DNA of 64,000 bases from a virus. Taxonomy: Duplodnaviria > Caudoviricetes. The first letter of the stretch is position 1; each line of letters starts with the position of its first letter. Positions 30,485-42,637 of this stretch are shown piece after piece. The notes below the pieces were generated by a model. That model was not told the origin of the DNA, made no database searches, and saw nothing but the letters and a program-made list of their open reading frames with translations. The translations under genes and the position numbers were made by a program. The DNA lies in the IMG/VR virus record IMGVR_UViG_3300021400_000193, positions 7,636 to 71,635 of that record. The stretch is one strand, 5' to 3'.

Positions 30485-30835
30485 TTATATCCTATTCATT
30501 TTACAATATTCTTTCAATTCCAAATCAGATAATTTATCTACAAAATAATTAATCTGAAATCCATTATCCAAATTGCACATAATTCTATATACTTCGTCTG
30601 CAACATCCTTTTCACTCCACACTTTTGCTTGAAACCAATTTGTAGCGTCCGCAAATATAACTCTATCATCAAGCAATCCAACAACAATAATTTTGTTACT
30701 AACTCTATTACGGATTCCATACAAATCAAATTTTAACATTTCTGCTACTTTCAAAATGTTGTTCAAAATCTGCATGTTTTTATCTTTGCCTTTATTTCTT
30801 AAAATCTCATTGACTTCCGCTAAATCTTCTTCCAT
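30485..30835 (-). CDS. hypothetical protein
   Basis: 116 aa, GGAGG RBS. Confidence 0.65.
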   Translation of the reverse strand: MEEDLAEVNEILRNKGKDKNMQILNNILKVAEMLKFDLYGIRNRVSNKIIVVGLLDDRVIFADATNWFQAKVWSEKDVADEVYRIMCNLDNGFQINYFVDKLSDLELKEYCKMNRI

Positions 30836-31035
30836 ATGTCCTCCAATTATCTTATAACCTTATTCATATCTTTTGCCAATATAGGACAATCACACAATTC
30901 ACAATAAATGATGTTATGCGTAAAATCACTTGATTTACAAATTATTTTCTTTTCACATTGACAAAAAGGTTCATCAGTCCAAATAGGATTATCCAAATAT
31001 TCTTCCATTACTTTTATATTCTGCATTTATATCTC

Positions 31036-31272
31036 CTACATATCTTCTTCGATAAAAGTGATTTTACAAACTTTACTTTTATTCATATCAAAATTTTTTC
31101 TTTGTCCATTCCATTGAAAAAATTCTTGCATTCTAGCATAACCTTCTTCATATGAAGGAAATCTATCGGCAATGTAAATCGCCTTATAAGGACTTTCCGC
31201 ACATAAATAACTGTATCCGTTAAATTTTATGGAAAATAATTTCACCACATAATATGCTTTAGTTTCACTCAT
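31036..31272 (-). CDS. hypothetical protein
   Basis: 78 aa, AAGGA RBS. Confidence 0.6.
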   Translation of the reverse strand: MSETKAYYVVKLFSIKFNGYSYLCAESPYKAIYIADRFPSYEEGYARMQEFFQWNGQRKNFDMNKSKVCKITFIEEDM

Positions 31273-31329
31273 ATTCTATCCTTTAATTAAAAAAACTTCT
31301 GCGATAAATATATCACAGAAGTTTTATTG

Positions 31330-31361
31330 TTTCAATAATTTTATAAATTTTTTAATTAAAA
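31330..31361. repeat. ~32-nt AT-rich direct repeat, second copy at 43681-43712
   Basis: tttcaataattttataaattttttaattaaaa at both sites; includes a TTGAAA -35-like hexamer on the minus strand. Confidence 0.6.
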
Positions 31362-32159
31362 CGGCAACACAGTAATTGTATGTTCTTTAAGAAGTTTATT
31401 CAGTACATTATGTACGCTAACTTCAAACATATCATCTACAGAATCATAAATGCCATCAACATCATCAAAAGCCATATTAAACTCTTCTTGAATTGTATCA
31501 TCATGAATCAAATCCAACAAAGCACGTTCTATAATTTTCAATGATTTAGCAACAGTAATTTTTTCTTTCAAAGATTTTCTGATAGATTTCTTTGATTCCG
31601 TATAATCACGTGTTTTAGGCAAAATAATCATAATCTGCTTATTTTTAACAACTACATTAAAATCATGGTTATAATAAAGTAAACCGTTGATTGCATCAGA
31701 ATATAAAAAATCATACAAATCATCTGATTTAATTTTATTAAAATCTTTACCTTTACAGATATAAATATATGACACATTTAACGCTTTAGCCATTCCACTA
31801 TCAATTATTTTTACATCATAACCTTTATTTTCAAAATATAATTCTATATCATCTTGAATTAATTCTAAAGTTATAGGGTCATATCTTAGTCTTTCTGTAA
31901 GAGATTTTCTTGCAGACTTCTTTAATTCTTCAAACCCTTCCAACCAATTTACAGAATTGATATATTTGCAAATGTTTTTATTATAATCATTATCAATTAC
32001 ATAATCACACAATGCTTTCTTCACATCTTTTTCTGTACCACTATCTAAAGCACGAGTGATATCATCACCAACTTCACCATAATGCAAGCAAGCATAATAA
32101 AAATCTCTTGCATTATATTCTTCACCGTCTTTTCTATCCAAAATTAAATCAATAATCAT
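31356..32159 (-). CDS. putative internal head polyprotein
   Basis: linkers ELKKSARKSLTE and ESKKSIRKSLKE. Confidence 0.5.
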   Translation of the reverse strand: MIIDLILDRKDGEEYNARDFYYACLHYGEVGDDITRALDSGTEKDVKKALCDYVIDNDYNKNICKYINSVNWLEGFEELKKSARKSLTERLRYDPITLELIQDDIELYFENKGYDVKIIDSGMAKALNVSYIYICKGKDFNKIKSDDLYDFLYSDAINGLLYYNHDFNVVVKNKQIMIILPKTRDYTESKKSIRKSLKEKITVAKSLKIIERALLDLIHDDTIQEEFNMAFDDVDGIYDSVDDMFEVSVHNVLNKLLKEHTITVLPF

Positions 32160-32175
32160 ACTATTTTCTCCTACA

Positions 32176-33387
32176 TTACCATGCTACAAATCTGATAAAT
32201 ACATAATCATTTTCTGTAAATTTATCATCTTCATACACAAATTGATAACCAAAATCAATATTCATATCGGACATAAACTCGATTAATGTTCTAGGCATAC
32301 AACTAGTTACAATATCATCAAATACATCTAAATCTATGCTTTCATTGACCCACACTCTGAATACAATTTCATCATCGCCAATTGATTCAATAGAAACATC
32401 TTTAAGTTCTTTATTGATATTTTTAACCCATTCTTTTACAAAAGAGTCGTGTTTATTAAGGTCATAAAGTGAAAAATCTTCATCTGTTGATTCTTTCAAA
32501 CTCTCCTTAAAAGAATTAATCATATTTACTGTTGATTTGATAGCGTTATTGATTTCATCAAATTCGTTAGAGTTTTTATAGATTTCATAATTCTGTTCTA
32601 AAACTTTAATTTCTTTTTTAGAAAAATCATGTTTCTGAAATTTATTTAACTGTTCTTCTGTTATATAATGTACATCATATAAATCTTGAATAAATCTAAA
32701 TAATTTTGTAGTCATTGCTTCTTCTTTTAAACTCTTTTTAGCAGATTTCTTTGATTCATAAAAATCATCTTCATCTGATTCAGAACTTGCAACATCATAA
32801 GCAACAAATGCATCTGTAGAGTCACAAGTAAATTCGTCGACTGAAATAATATTATAATCGTCAGAAATTCCAATTCCCCATTTATCATTAGATTTCAATT
32901 CAACTTTACCGTTTTCAAAATCCCATTTATTAGAAACAGTATCAACTTCAATATTCGGCAAATACAAATAATCTTCACAGAATGTCATAAAATCTTTAAT
33001 TTCATCTTTTGGCATTTCCTTAAAGAAATCATCCCAAAATAATGAACCGTCTGCATAATTATTACCATTAAATTCTATTCTTTCTTCACCATCACCGATG
33101 AATCGTTTACCCCAATCACTAATGGCTTTTCCATTAGTCTGTCTGAATTCACCATTAATAATTCTTTCAACCAAGTCACCCAAATCTACAGTAGCGAACA
33201 TTTCACCTTTTGAGAATTCACAATCTTCATCTTCAATGTAAACAGAATTATAACTGTCGTTCATCGTCATGAAGAACTCACCTTTAATGTTTGTGAAATG
33301 TAAATCTAATCCACCGTCACCATCATAATCAAAATCAAGATTATAAGTTGGTTTATAAAATTCTAAAATCAAGTTATGTTCTGACAT
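32176..33387 (-). CDS. putative internal head polyprotein
   Basis: acidic domains joined by ESKKSAKKSLKEE and FKESLKES. Confidence 0.5.
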   Translation of the reverse strand: MSEHNLILEFYKPTYNLDFDYDGDGGLDLHFTNIKGEFFMTMNDSYNSVYIEDEDCEFSKGEMFATVDLGDLVERIINGEFRQTNGKAISDWGKRFIGDGEERIEFNGNNYADGSLFWDDFFKEMPKDEIKDFMTFCEDYLYLPNIEVDTVSNKWDFENGKVELKSNDKWGIGISDDYNIISVDEFTCDSTDAFVAYDVASSESDEDDFYESKKSAKKSLKEEAMTTKLFRFIQDLYDVHYITEEQLNKFQKHDFSKKEIKVLEQNYEIYKNSNEFDEINNAIKSTVNMINSFKESLKESTDEDFSLYDLNKHDSFVKEWVKNINKELKDVSIESIGDDEIVFRVWVNESIDLDVFDDIVTSCMPRTLIEFMSDMNIDFGYQFVYEDDKFTENDYVFIRFVAW

Positions 33388-33406
33388 AATATCACCTCAA
33401 AATAAT

Positions 33407-33775
33407 TTATTTTCCATATCCTTGAACTTTATCAAGATTATTAATGCGTAACCATTCAATATCTTCAATTTTTCCACCAAGACGAAGTACCAAGAAATCA
33501 CCGTTAGGAAATTGAATATCTATCCATTGGTCGTGCATGGAAACTTCACTACCTTTCAATGGAGCAAAAATACAAAACCATGAATTTTTAATGTAAACTC
33601 TAAATGTTAAACTTTTACTGTCTTGTTCAATATCAACACCATCAACATCAGTCATATTTGGAAAGTAAACAGAAGAACTTTCGTACATAATTCCATTTGC
33701 ACCAAGTTCTCTAAGACAACTTGAAATATCAGTAATTACATACATACCATCCAATTTATATTTAGTTTCAGCCAT
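33407..33775 (-). CDS. hypothetical protein
   Basis: 122 aa, RBS, TAACTAT upstream near 33818-33824. Confidence 0.65.
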   Translation of the reverse strand: MAETKYKLDGMYVITDISSCLRELGANGIMYESSSVYFPNMTDVDGVDIEQDSKSLTFRVYIKNSWFCIFAPLKGSEVSMHDQWIDIQFPNGDFLVLRLGGKIEDIEWLRINNLDKVQGYGK

Positions 33776-33821
33776 AATTCAATTTTCTCCTAAAAATATA
33801 TTTATTATTTATATTATATAG

Positions 33822-34166
33822 TTACTTTACAAAAACATATTCGCCGTTTTCTTTCACAATCTTTCCACTTCCAATAGACAATTCAATTAACTGTTTGGCA
33901 TATTTTGGCATGTGTTTCTTCACTACATTCATCTGTTTAGGAGAAAGCCAACCTTTTGTAGTGTATTGTTCAGCAAAACTAGAAAGGATGTCTGAATCAA
34001 TTGAAGAAAATCCCATTCCATTGAATTCTTTAGTATATCCTTCACATTTTTCTTCATTAGTCTGAAAACTATAAATTGTAAGTAAACCTTTAATTGCTTG
34101 ATTTTCTCTAGTTGCGAGTTGTTCTTTGAGAGCCTTAATCAACGAATCTTTTGAAGTAAATGCCAT
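33822..34166 (-). CDS. hypothetical protein
   Basis: 114 aa, AAGGAG RBS, TTGACA promoter upstream. Confidence 0.7.
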   Translation of the reverse strand: MAFTSKDSLIKALKEQLATRENQAIKGLLTIYSFQTNEEKCEGYTKEFNGMGFSSIDSDILSSFAEQYTTKGWLSPKQMNVVKKHMPKYAKQLIELSIGSGKIVKENGEYVFVK

Positions 34167-34267
34167 AAAAATAAATCTCCTTTATATTAATATAATAACA
34201 TAAAGAAGATTGTTTTGTCAAGTAAAATTATCAAAAATCTATTTCTTTGATTCACCAGTCAATTTAT

Positions 34268-37200
34268 TTACTCTTTAAATTGAGGATGTTCTATTAAAAA
34301 TTTTTGCAAGTCTTTTTCAGCATTTTCAATATTTTCTAGTTTTTCATAATATTGTTCATCAAGAGGTTTGAAAAAAGCATCTCTAATTACACACGTTACC
34401 GCAATACATGAAAATATAATAAAACTACAAAAAGCAATTATTGCTATTCTAAAAGAACTACGTTTCGTAAATACTATATATACAACAATCGATGATAATA
34501 CCGTTCCTATTAAACCGATTACCCTAAGTTTTTCAAAAATATTCATAAATTACTCCTTTTGTATTTTATAACTCATCTATTTCTCTCCAACGATTCAATT
34601 ATATTATAAACTTCTTTAGGTTCAATTCCAAGTGTTTCTTTACACTCCATTAAAAAATCATCCATTTTATTTTTATAATATTTATAATTATCTTTTATAA
34701 ATTCTTTAATTGCATCATTCTTGGCATTTTCCAATTGTTCTTCTGACCATCCTTTAATATCTTCTTTTCTAATTATATATTCATCAGAATATTCACAACA
34801 ATTATAATCTGATAAATCAAACTTTGTAATTGGTCTATGAAAATCCGCATGTGCAATCAAACATGCTTCTAATTCATAATCGGCTTCAACATGAACTATA
34901 TTATCACAATTTCCTAATGGATTAAAATAACTTACAGTATATAGCATATTATATTCTCCTTTACATTTTATCTATGTATTTTCTACATTTTTCTTCTGTT
35001 CCATAAAATAAAACTTCGTGTGCTGATAATAAATATTTACCATGAATTACTTTTATTTCTTGTGTATAATTATCATCTACAACACAAAAATAATCTTCCA
35101 AACTAACAACATCATCATTACTTAACAATTCATCTTGAAAAGGATAAATCATTGATTTTTTATTCAGAATTGTTTTATCCAATAATTCTCGTTTATTCTT
35201 AAAAGTAGCAGTAAGAACATCATCATCAATTGAAAAATAAAGTTCTATATTATCGCTAACTCTCGATTGTTTTGATAATTCAATATAAACATGTTCATTC
35301 TTATAAATTGTAGTTTTTCCTAATTCATAATCATTAATAATCTGTCGTAAAGATTTAGTCATATCAATCTTCCTTTTTTAACACACTCTTTTCTTTCATA
35401 TACAAAATTCCACCAATCCAATTTTTAATCCATCTATGTGGTAAAATCAAATCCCACAAAGGATTCATCCAAAAAGTTTTCCATTTACCATATTCACCGA
35501 TTAAAAGATGTCGCATACTTTTATATTCATTCATTCTGAAATTAAATAAAAAATTTACGCAACTTTTAATACATCCAAACCAAGTTTTATCATACTCTTT
35601 CCACCAAGGTTTTACGCATTTGATACAAGGTTCGATTTTTACATATTCTACATCGCCATCTTCAATTTCTTTCCAAAATAAACATTCTAGTGTTTCTGCA
35701 AATTCTGAAAAATCTTGCCATAAACAAGCATGTTTCTTTTCAACATCTTTTGTCCAAATATCATCTTCATAACCTACAATATCTATATAAACTTTATCTT
35801 TTCTATTTGGATATTTAATCCAAGCACGATAACAGATTCTTGGAAGATAAAATCGTTTCTTTTTAGAGAAATATTTTTTCAAATTTTTATCAAGTCCATA
35901 AGCCATTTTCACTTTCCTTATCTACTAAATTAATTTTATGTACGACACATACATAATCTGTAGAATCTTTAATTATAGGATGACCCATAAATTGCATATT
36001 TTCTATGTCATATTTATATCTATCACTCAAATATAATCTATCCATAGTAATTTGACTCAAATGTACTTCTATTGTAAAATGAATACTCATTTCTCCTAAA
36101 TGTCGTAGCAAATCTGTTTCTCTACAAATGGCTATAACTAAATCGTTAAACATTTTTTTACTCCTTAATTTCATAAACTCTACCACGATACCAAAACGGA
36201 TATTTCTTTGGATTCCCTTTTCTATCCGCAATATAACTATGCCATTCCTCTTGTTCTTCCATAGATGTATCTTCATGAGCAGTTCTTGTTTTCATTTTAT
36301 ATTTACATCTAATGGGAGTTAAGAAGGTATCCATGTCATTAAAATTATGAGCCATCACAATAAATTTTCTTCCATCTTTTGTTCCGCACAAATAAGCACA
36401 AACAGTAAAAGAATGTTTGAATATCCACGAATATTCAAATTTCTTGTCTCTATTACATGCTAATGTTTTATATTCTTTATGTTCTTTATTTACCAAATCT
36501 TTAACTTTCATATTTTATTCCTCTTCATATCCACAATCCATGCAAACCCAAATGCCTATTCTATCAAGATATTTCATTTTCAATCCGCACTTTGGACAAA
36601 TTCTGTTACGATAAATCATTTTATATTTCCTCTTTCTTTGCTATTTCCTCTACTTCTTTTGTAAGTTTGTTAAAATTAATGTCGGCATTTAATTCTTTGA
36701 CAATTTTTATCGAATCTTCTAATAATCCAATACTTATATAAGGGTCACCTTCTATACTAATTATTCCCAAACTTTCTGCTTCTTTAAGAAGTTCTTTTCT
36801 TCGTTTATCTTCATTTGTCACATCATTATTCCTTTATGAATTTTTTTGTATCTTCTATAAATTTTTCAATCCTTTTATCATTTATAGCCTTATTTAATCT
36901 ATCAAATGTTTCATCGTTTGTTATCATAAGATAATCTCTTATTGCGTTGTATAAACTTAAAACAACCTCTCTTCCTTCAATAAGTTTCTTCTCAACATAA
37001 GCATTATGTATCTTCAAACCTGTATTCTCTCTAAGGCGAGTATCATACTTTTTTTCAAGTATCAAGTAAGCATGAAAAGCATATTTTCCATATTCTTCAC
37101 TTGATTTTAACTCGTCTTCGAGGTCTTCAACACAACTCAGCATATTAATTTGTCTCCTTATTTTCATATTTCTCTTTTAATCTTAAATATTCTTTATATT

Positions 37201-38098
37201 CATTCTGTTCAGCGAATTCGTCTAAAAGTTCGGACATATTTTCTTGATGTAATGAACCTCTATTTACTTTAGGATTAATGAACATAGAGTCTTCACAAGA
37301 ATAAACAAAATAACCATCTTGTTTAATTGCACTTAAATCTTCAAGCAAATCTTCTTTTGAAAGATATACACCTCTCAAATCAAAATGAGATTCTAAGTCG
37401 TCACACTCATAAATTGCAAAATAAATTTTCATATAATTCTCCTTTAATTCATACAACTTGGAAGAAATGTTCGCCATTTACAAACATCACAAATTATTTC
37501 GTTATCTTGATTAAACCAATGATTTTCTACTTCATCGAATTTAGCGAAATCATACTTACCGTTTGCTCGTTTAACAATCATCAATTTATTAATTTCTGAT
37601 GGTACACCGTCAAACCAATTTTTATATTCTGTAAAACGAATATCACCAAAAGTAGAATCATCTTTATCTACAAGATAATTCAAAACCATATTACAAAATC
37701 CTTGTTTGGTTAAATCATCATCCTTTAAATATGTAAAAGCAGGAATATTTAATCTACTAATTTCTTTGAGAACTTTATATCCAAACAGAGTTAAAGATTG
37801 TCTAAGCAAAGAAACAAGTTTATTCTCTTTTCCAAATTTATCTTCTGATTTTTCAAGTTCTTTATTTACTAAATCTGTAATGTTCATTATTTACTCCTTA
37901 ATCACCACTAATCATAGACTGTGTATGAAAATTATTAGCATAATCATGTTCTTTTCGATAATTTTCACATTCATCATATGAATTAAATTCCAAAGCGTCA
38001 GAAGGAACATCTGTAATTGTTTCGTCAGCCTTCAGGTACCAATAATGATGAAATTCGTAATCAACTTTGTTCATTTCAATCTGATATGTTCTTTTCAT
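34268..38098 (-). other. run of about 12 small, tightly coupled hypothetical early ORFs (34268-34546, 34573-34947, 34961-35362, 35364-35912, 35890-36153, 36158-36511, 36621-36821, 36826-37167, 37145-37432, 37444-37887, 37898-38098)
   Basis: same strand, overlapping stops/starts, GGAG RBSs, sigma70-like promoter at 38120-38148. Confidence 0.65.
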
Positions 38099-38157
38099 GA
38101 TACTTACTCCTTGTAAAGTACAATATCACACTTAATTGAGAATGTCAAGAAAAATTA

Positions 38158-38562
38158 TTAAAATTTTGAATATTTCGAAGAATCTAATGTAAAATGTTCA
38201 TCAGTTGAATCATTTATATAAGCAGTAATTACTCTATTTCCACGAATAACTACAGAAATATCCTCAAACATATTACATCTGTCACGCACAACATATTTTG
38301 TTACTTTTTCTTTTCCATTAAAATTTTCTGTTTCTATTTCAAAAGGAATTATAGGTTTTTCTTTTAATTTGCTTAAAACATTCCATACTTTTTCAGCAGT
38401 TACCGAATTATGAGAACGGTCTTTACATTCAATTCTTTCTATAAGATGTTTGGTGAATACAAAATTTGTAGTATTTTGTTGTTGATAAATTGCTTGATTG
38501 ATTAAATCTTGTGGTAGGTAAATGTCTTTATGGTAAAGTTTTGTGTTTATATTTCTAAGCAT
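38158..38562 (-). CDS. hypothetical protein, possibly DUF4258/RelE-like fold
   Basis: FTKHLIER...VITAY pattern; weak. Confidence 0.4.
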   Translation of the reverse strand: MLRNINTKLYHKDIYLPQDLINQAIYQQQNTTNFVFTKHLIERIECKDRSHNSVTAEKVWNVLSKLKEKPIIPFEIETENFNGKEKVTKYVVRDRCNMFEDISVVIRGNRVITAYINDSTDEHFTLDSSKYSKF

Positions 38563-38638
38563 ATGAATGAATAGTTATAAAAAGAAAAAGACCTAGAAAT
38601 TCATCTAGGTCTTTCAATCAACTAAAGATTAGATTGAC

Positions 38639-39298
38639 TTAGTTCTTGCACTTTTCAGCACAAACTCCGTCATCATCACCTTCATCTTCTTCGTCAAGAG
38701 TTTCATCGCTCTCTTCAACTTCATCTTCAGCCTTCTTTGCTTTGCGAAGTTTAGCCAATTTTGCACGTCTTATAGCCTGAATTTCATCTGCTGGGAATTC
38801 TTTCGGTTCATCGTTCTCATCAGCAGTTACAGTTTCGCCACCTTCAGCCTTCTTCAAAGCCTTAATTCTCTTAATTCTTGCCAAACGAGCCTTTTTCTTT
38901 TCATCTACAGTTTCTTCTTCTGTAACTTCATCCTCTTCATCAAGAGTTTCGTCTTCTGCTTTACGAGCCTTTCTAGCCAATTTCATCATTCTGAGTTTTC
39001 TAGCACGTCTGAGTGCCTGAATTTCATCAGCAGGGAATTCTTTAACAGGTTCGTCATTTTCATCCGCAGTTATAACTTCACCTTCTGCCTTTTTTGCTTT
39101 CAAAGCCTTGATTTTGCGGATTCTAGCCAATCTTGCACGTCTAGCCTTTGCTACATCAACATCATCTTCCATATTAGCAGATGTATCGAGAGTTGTTCCT
39201 ACATCTTCAACGTCTTCGTTTTCAACGAGGATTCTTGCACCCTTGGAAATAATCTTTCCTTCTACCATAATTGATTTTCTCAAACGAATTGATTTCAT
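38639..39298 (-). CDS. scaffold/prohead-core-like low-complexity protein
   Basis: alternating acidic and R/K blocks; duplicated TADENDEP(V)KEFPADEIQA(L/I)RRA and DETLDEED; high-expression codon usage. Confidence 0.55.
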   Translation of the reverse strand: MKSIRLRKSIMVEGKIISKGARILVENEDVEDVGTTLDTSANMEDDVDVAKARRARLARIRKIKALKAKKAEGEVITADENDEPVKEFPADEIQALRRARKLRMMKLARKARKAEDETLDEEDEVTEEETVDEKKKARLARIKRIKALKKAEGGETVTADENDEPKEFPADEIQAIRRAKLAKLRKAKKAEDEVEESDETLDEEDEGDDDGVCAEKCKN

Positions 39299-39390
39299 TT
39301 TAATTTCTCCTATATAGGTTTGTGTTAAAAAATAATATATTATTTTAGAGATAAACTACCTCTTTAATACACATTAAATAGTAACAAATT

Positions 39391-39954
39391 TTAAACTGAC
39401 GGATAAATGATATTGAAACAGTTTAAAGTTACATCCACAGTCAACGGTTCTCCACTTTCTTCATCAAATTCAAGTCCACCTAATGAAGTAGGGAAACATC
39501 CTTCACATGTCCAAATAGAGTTTGGAGTACCAGCAATGTTGTTATCATCAAGATTATCGATTGCCCAAATTTCAATAGGCGCACGGAATAAACTTGCACC
39601 ACCTTCACCATTAGCACCACTATCAGAAGCCATAAACATGGTTTCATTGTTCTGAATATAATTCATCCAATTAGAAAGTGCCTTGTAAGTAACAAGTTTC
39701 TTGTCTGGTCTGAATGTGAATGAGATTTCACGAGACTGCTCACTTAAACCATTTGGTCTGTCAAACTGACGACCACGTTTTGTGATTGTATAAGTGCCGA
39801 TTGTTTTTTCAGGAATTGATACATTCGTGATACGGAATGTAAGTTGGTCATTAACGCCTGCCAACTGTGATACAGTGGTTGGTAAAATTATGGAATATTT
39901 GTTGGCAAGGGCATCTTCACCCAGCGAACTTAGCACATCAAGAATATGAGCCAT
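39391..39954 (-). CDS. tail tube protein (T4 gp19-like)
   Basis: VSIPE..I, ISFTF, LSNWM, GCFPTSLGGLEFD...VDVTL; TAACTAT motifs upstream. Confidence 0.8.
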   Translation of the reverse strand: MAHILDVLSSLGEDALANKYSIILPTTVSQLAGVNDQLTFRITNVSIPEKTIGTYTITKRGRQFDRPNGLSEQSREISFTFRPDKKLVTYKALSNWMNYIQNNETMFMASDSGANGEGGASLFRAPIEIWAIDNLDDNNIAGTPNSIWTCEGCFPTSLGGLEFDEESGEPLTVDVTLNCFNIIYPSV

Positions 39955-40117
39955 ATTATCTTCTCCTATCTAAATAAAATAGTTAATAAAATTTCTTTTA
40001 TTAAGATAGTTAAGATAGTTATTGTTTGAGGAAAAATAGTTTTTGGTGTGTAAATTATTCAATCTTTTTTTTATAAATTTTAACTATCTGTATTGATATG
40101 AACAAAGGTATATACGG

Positions 40118-42259
40118 ATGCGGTATATACTGAAAAATCCAAGCGTAAGGGAGGTGAACAATATGCAACAACAAGAATTAAATAATCTTATCGACATGGA
40201 AAAAGATATAATTTCGCACCCAGCAGATGATTTGCATTACTTGGATAATATATTAAATTCTGATTTATTTACAGAATCAGAAGTTGAAGATATTAATTCG
40301 GCATTGAGTATAATTTTACATAATGAAAAATTATCTGAAAGAGAAAAAGGGAATCTTCTTGAAAACAGTTGGAAAATAAATCATAAATTCAAACCGCCAA
40401 CAGTAGAAGAATTTTTAACAGAAGAATGGATTGGACCACAAGCGAAAGAAGTTTTTCCTCATTGTAAAGAAACTTTTATTAAATATTTTGACCCATCTGT
40501 AAATAAGAACACTTTAATTACTTATTGTTGTACTTAGATTGGTTGGGGTAAATCTACGCTCTTGGCTATGATTAAATTTTATAGAGCGGTTCTTACAATA
40601 TCTTATAGAAACCCAAAGCAGTATCTTAAATTGGGTGAAAGTACACGTTTAACAGACGCTACAATTTCTTTTACTAAAGGGTCTGCTTATGACCTTGTAA
40701 TAAAAGGACTTGACAGTTTATTACAAACATCTCCGAAATGTCAAAAATTGCATTATGAAAGAGATATGACCAATCCTGAATATACAGAAAGTGGAAAAAT
40801 ACTTTTTTGTAATACTTCTAAAGGTAACTCTATTTTGAGAGTTGGTGATATTTTTTACGATTGTATTTCTGAACCCATTCAACTCGTAGGTAGAAACCTA
40901 ATTTCAGTTTCCGCCACTGAACTTTCTTTTTTGAAAGAAGTTATGCCAGAAGAAAAAGTTATGAAACTTGTAGATGAAATGTTTTCTCGTGTTCATAACC
41001 GTTTTGGATATAACAATCCCAATGTTTCATTAATTGTAGATTCATCTCCTAACTCTATGGAAGGATTAGCCGACCAATGGATTGAAAAACATAAAAATGA
41101 TAAAGACAAATTATTTATTAATGATAAAAAATGGGAACTTCCTACATTTTCATGGATGTTTCCTATATATGAAAAAGATAAAAAAAATAATGTATTTCCT
41201 ATCTTTAAAGGAACTTCCACTCAACCTACAAAAATCATTACAAAAGAAGAAGTTAAAAACTTTAATGAAGAAGACATTATTTGGACACCTAATGACCTTT
41301 ACGAACTTGCAAAAGATAATGTAACAAAGATTATGCGTGATTTTGGTGCAACTCCAACCGCAGGTTCTGATACAAAACTCTTCACCAATCACGAATTGAT
41401 TGAAAAATGTTTCGTGCCAAATCTTAAAAACTTTTATATGTTTGAATATGCAAGTTATTTATTGTCACCTGAAACATTATTGTGGGATAAAGTCAGGCCT
41501 TTATTCTATGTCTACACAGGAAAACAAAATTCTTTCAGATTAAAACGTTATCCTTCTGCTGAACGTTTTGTTCATATCGATATGGCTGAAACGAAAGATA
41601 TGGCTGGTATTTCTATGGTACATCTCGAAACAGATAAAATTGGAAGAAAGATGTATGTTGCCGATTTTACTTTACCAATCATGAGTAAAAAAGATGATAA
41701 GATAAACTTGGATAGTTTTAAATATTTAGTTTATTGTATGAAGATTTACGGAAATACCAATATCAAAAAAGCAACATATGATGGATTTGAATCAAAAAGT
41801 TCTATTCAATTTTTAGAAAGAAATGGTATTGAATGCGAAAGATTATCATTGGATTCAACACCTGATTATTATTTGTCATTTGCTAGTTGGGTAATGCAAG
41901 GACGAGTAAAAATCGGTAAAAACTTGGTTATGAAGAATAACATGAAATCTTTAATCACGACAAACGAAGGTCATAATGGTAAAGAAAGTAAGAGTGGAAA
42001 ACTTATTGTAGACCATGTTCAAGGTGATTGGATAGATTTGGAAAACTCTGATTGGGAAAAATCAAAATGTGGTTATTTTGGAAAAGATTTGTCAGATTCA
42101 TTCGTTGGTGCTTGTACAAATGCTGATAAAAGTAATGTAAATTACGCTACATTCTTATACGATGATACTGATGAAAAAGAAGATTGTTCACAAAAAAATG
42201 AAAAGAAACTCCAAGATGAACTGTATGAAAAATTCGGCTTAAAGTTTAAGAAAAGATAA
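40118..42259 (+). CDS. terminase large subunit, interrupted by one in-frame TAG at 40535-40537
   Basis: 40118..40537 and 40562..42259 share a frame; read-through gives YCCT*IGWGKST (Walker A), ATELSF (Walker B), VDSS, HIDMA and KDLSDS nuclease motifs. Confidence 0.85.
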
Positions 42260-42271
42260 AAATTATTAAAA

Positions 42272-42508
42272 TCAACAATCTTCCCATCCGCACAAAACAC
42301 AATACCATTTATAATAATTATGTTTTGTCAGACAATTTGAATTATGGCAACTAGGGCATATCATGGGATTTTGAATCCAAGTGTTTGATGTTCTTGAGTT
42401 TCTTTTTCTACTACCATCATCAATTACCACATCTCTATAGGTATCGTTTCCTATGATAGAAACTGTGTTATATTCATATATCATACATTTCTCCTTTTTA
42501 CAAGACAA
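42272..42508 (-). CDS. small Zn-ribbon protein
   Basis: CPSC...CVLC. Confidence 0.5.
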   Translation of the reverse strand: MSCKKEKCMIYEYNTVSIIGNDTYRDVVIDDGSRKRNSRTSNTWIQNPMICPSCHNSNCLTKHNYYKWYCVLCGWEDC

Positions 42509-42637
42509 TCACCTTTATATAAAATAACATCTGACATTTATTCACCCTCTTCATTTTTTACCGTTAGGGAATAATTTGTACAATTTGGGTTAATTTCGTA
42601 CTCAATTTTACCGATAGGTAAAATTTCAATTCTAATT

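Noticed and set aside
40535-40562. Group I intron or intein splitting the terminase
   Set aside because: Only 24 nt separate the ORFs and they encode the Walker A itself; no room for an intervening element
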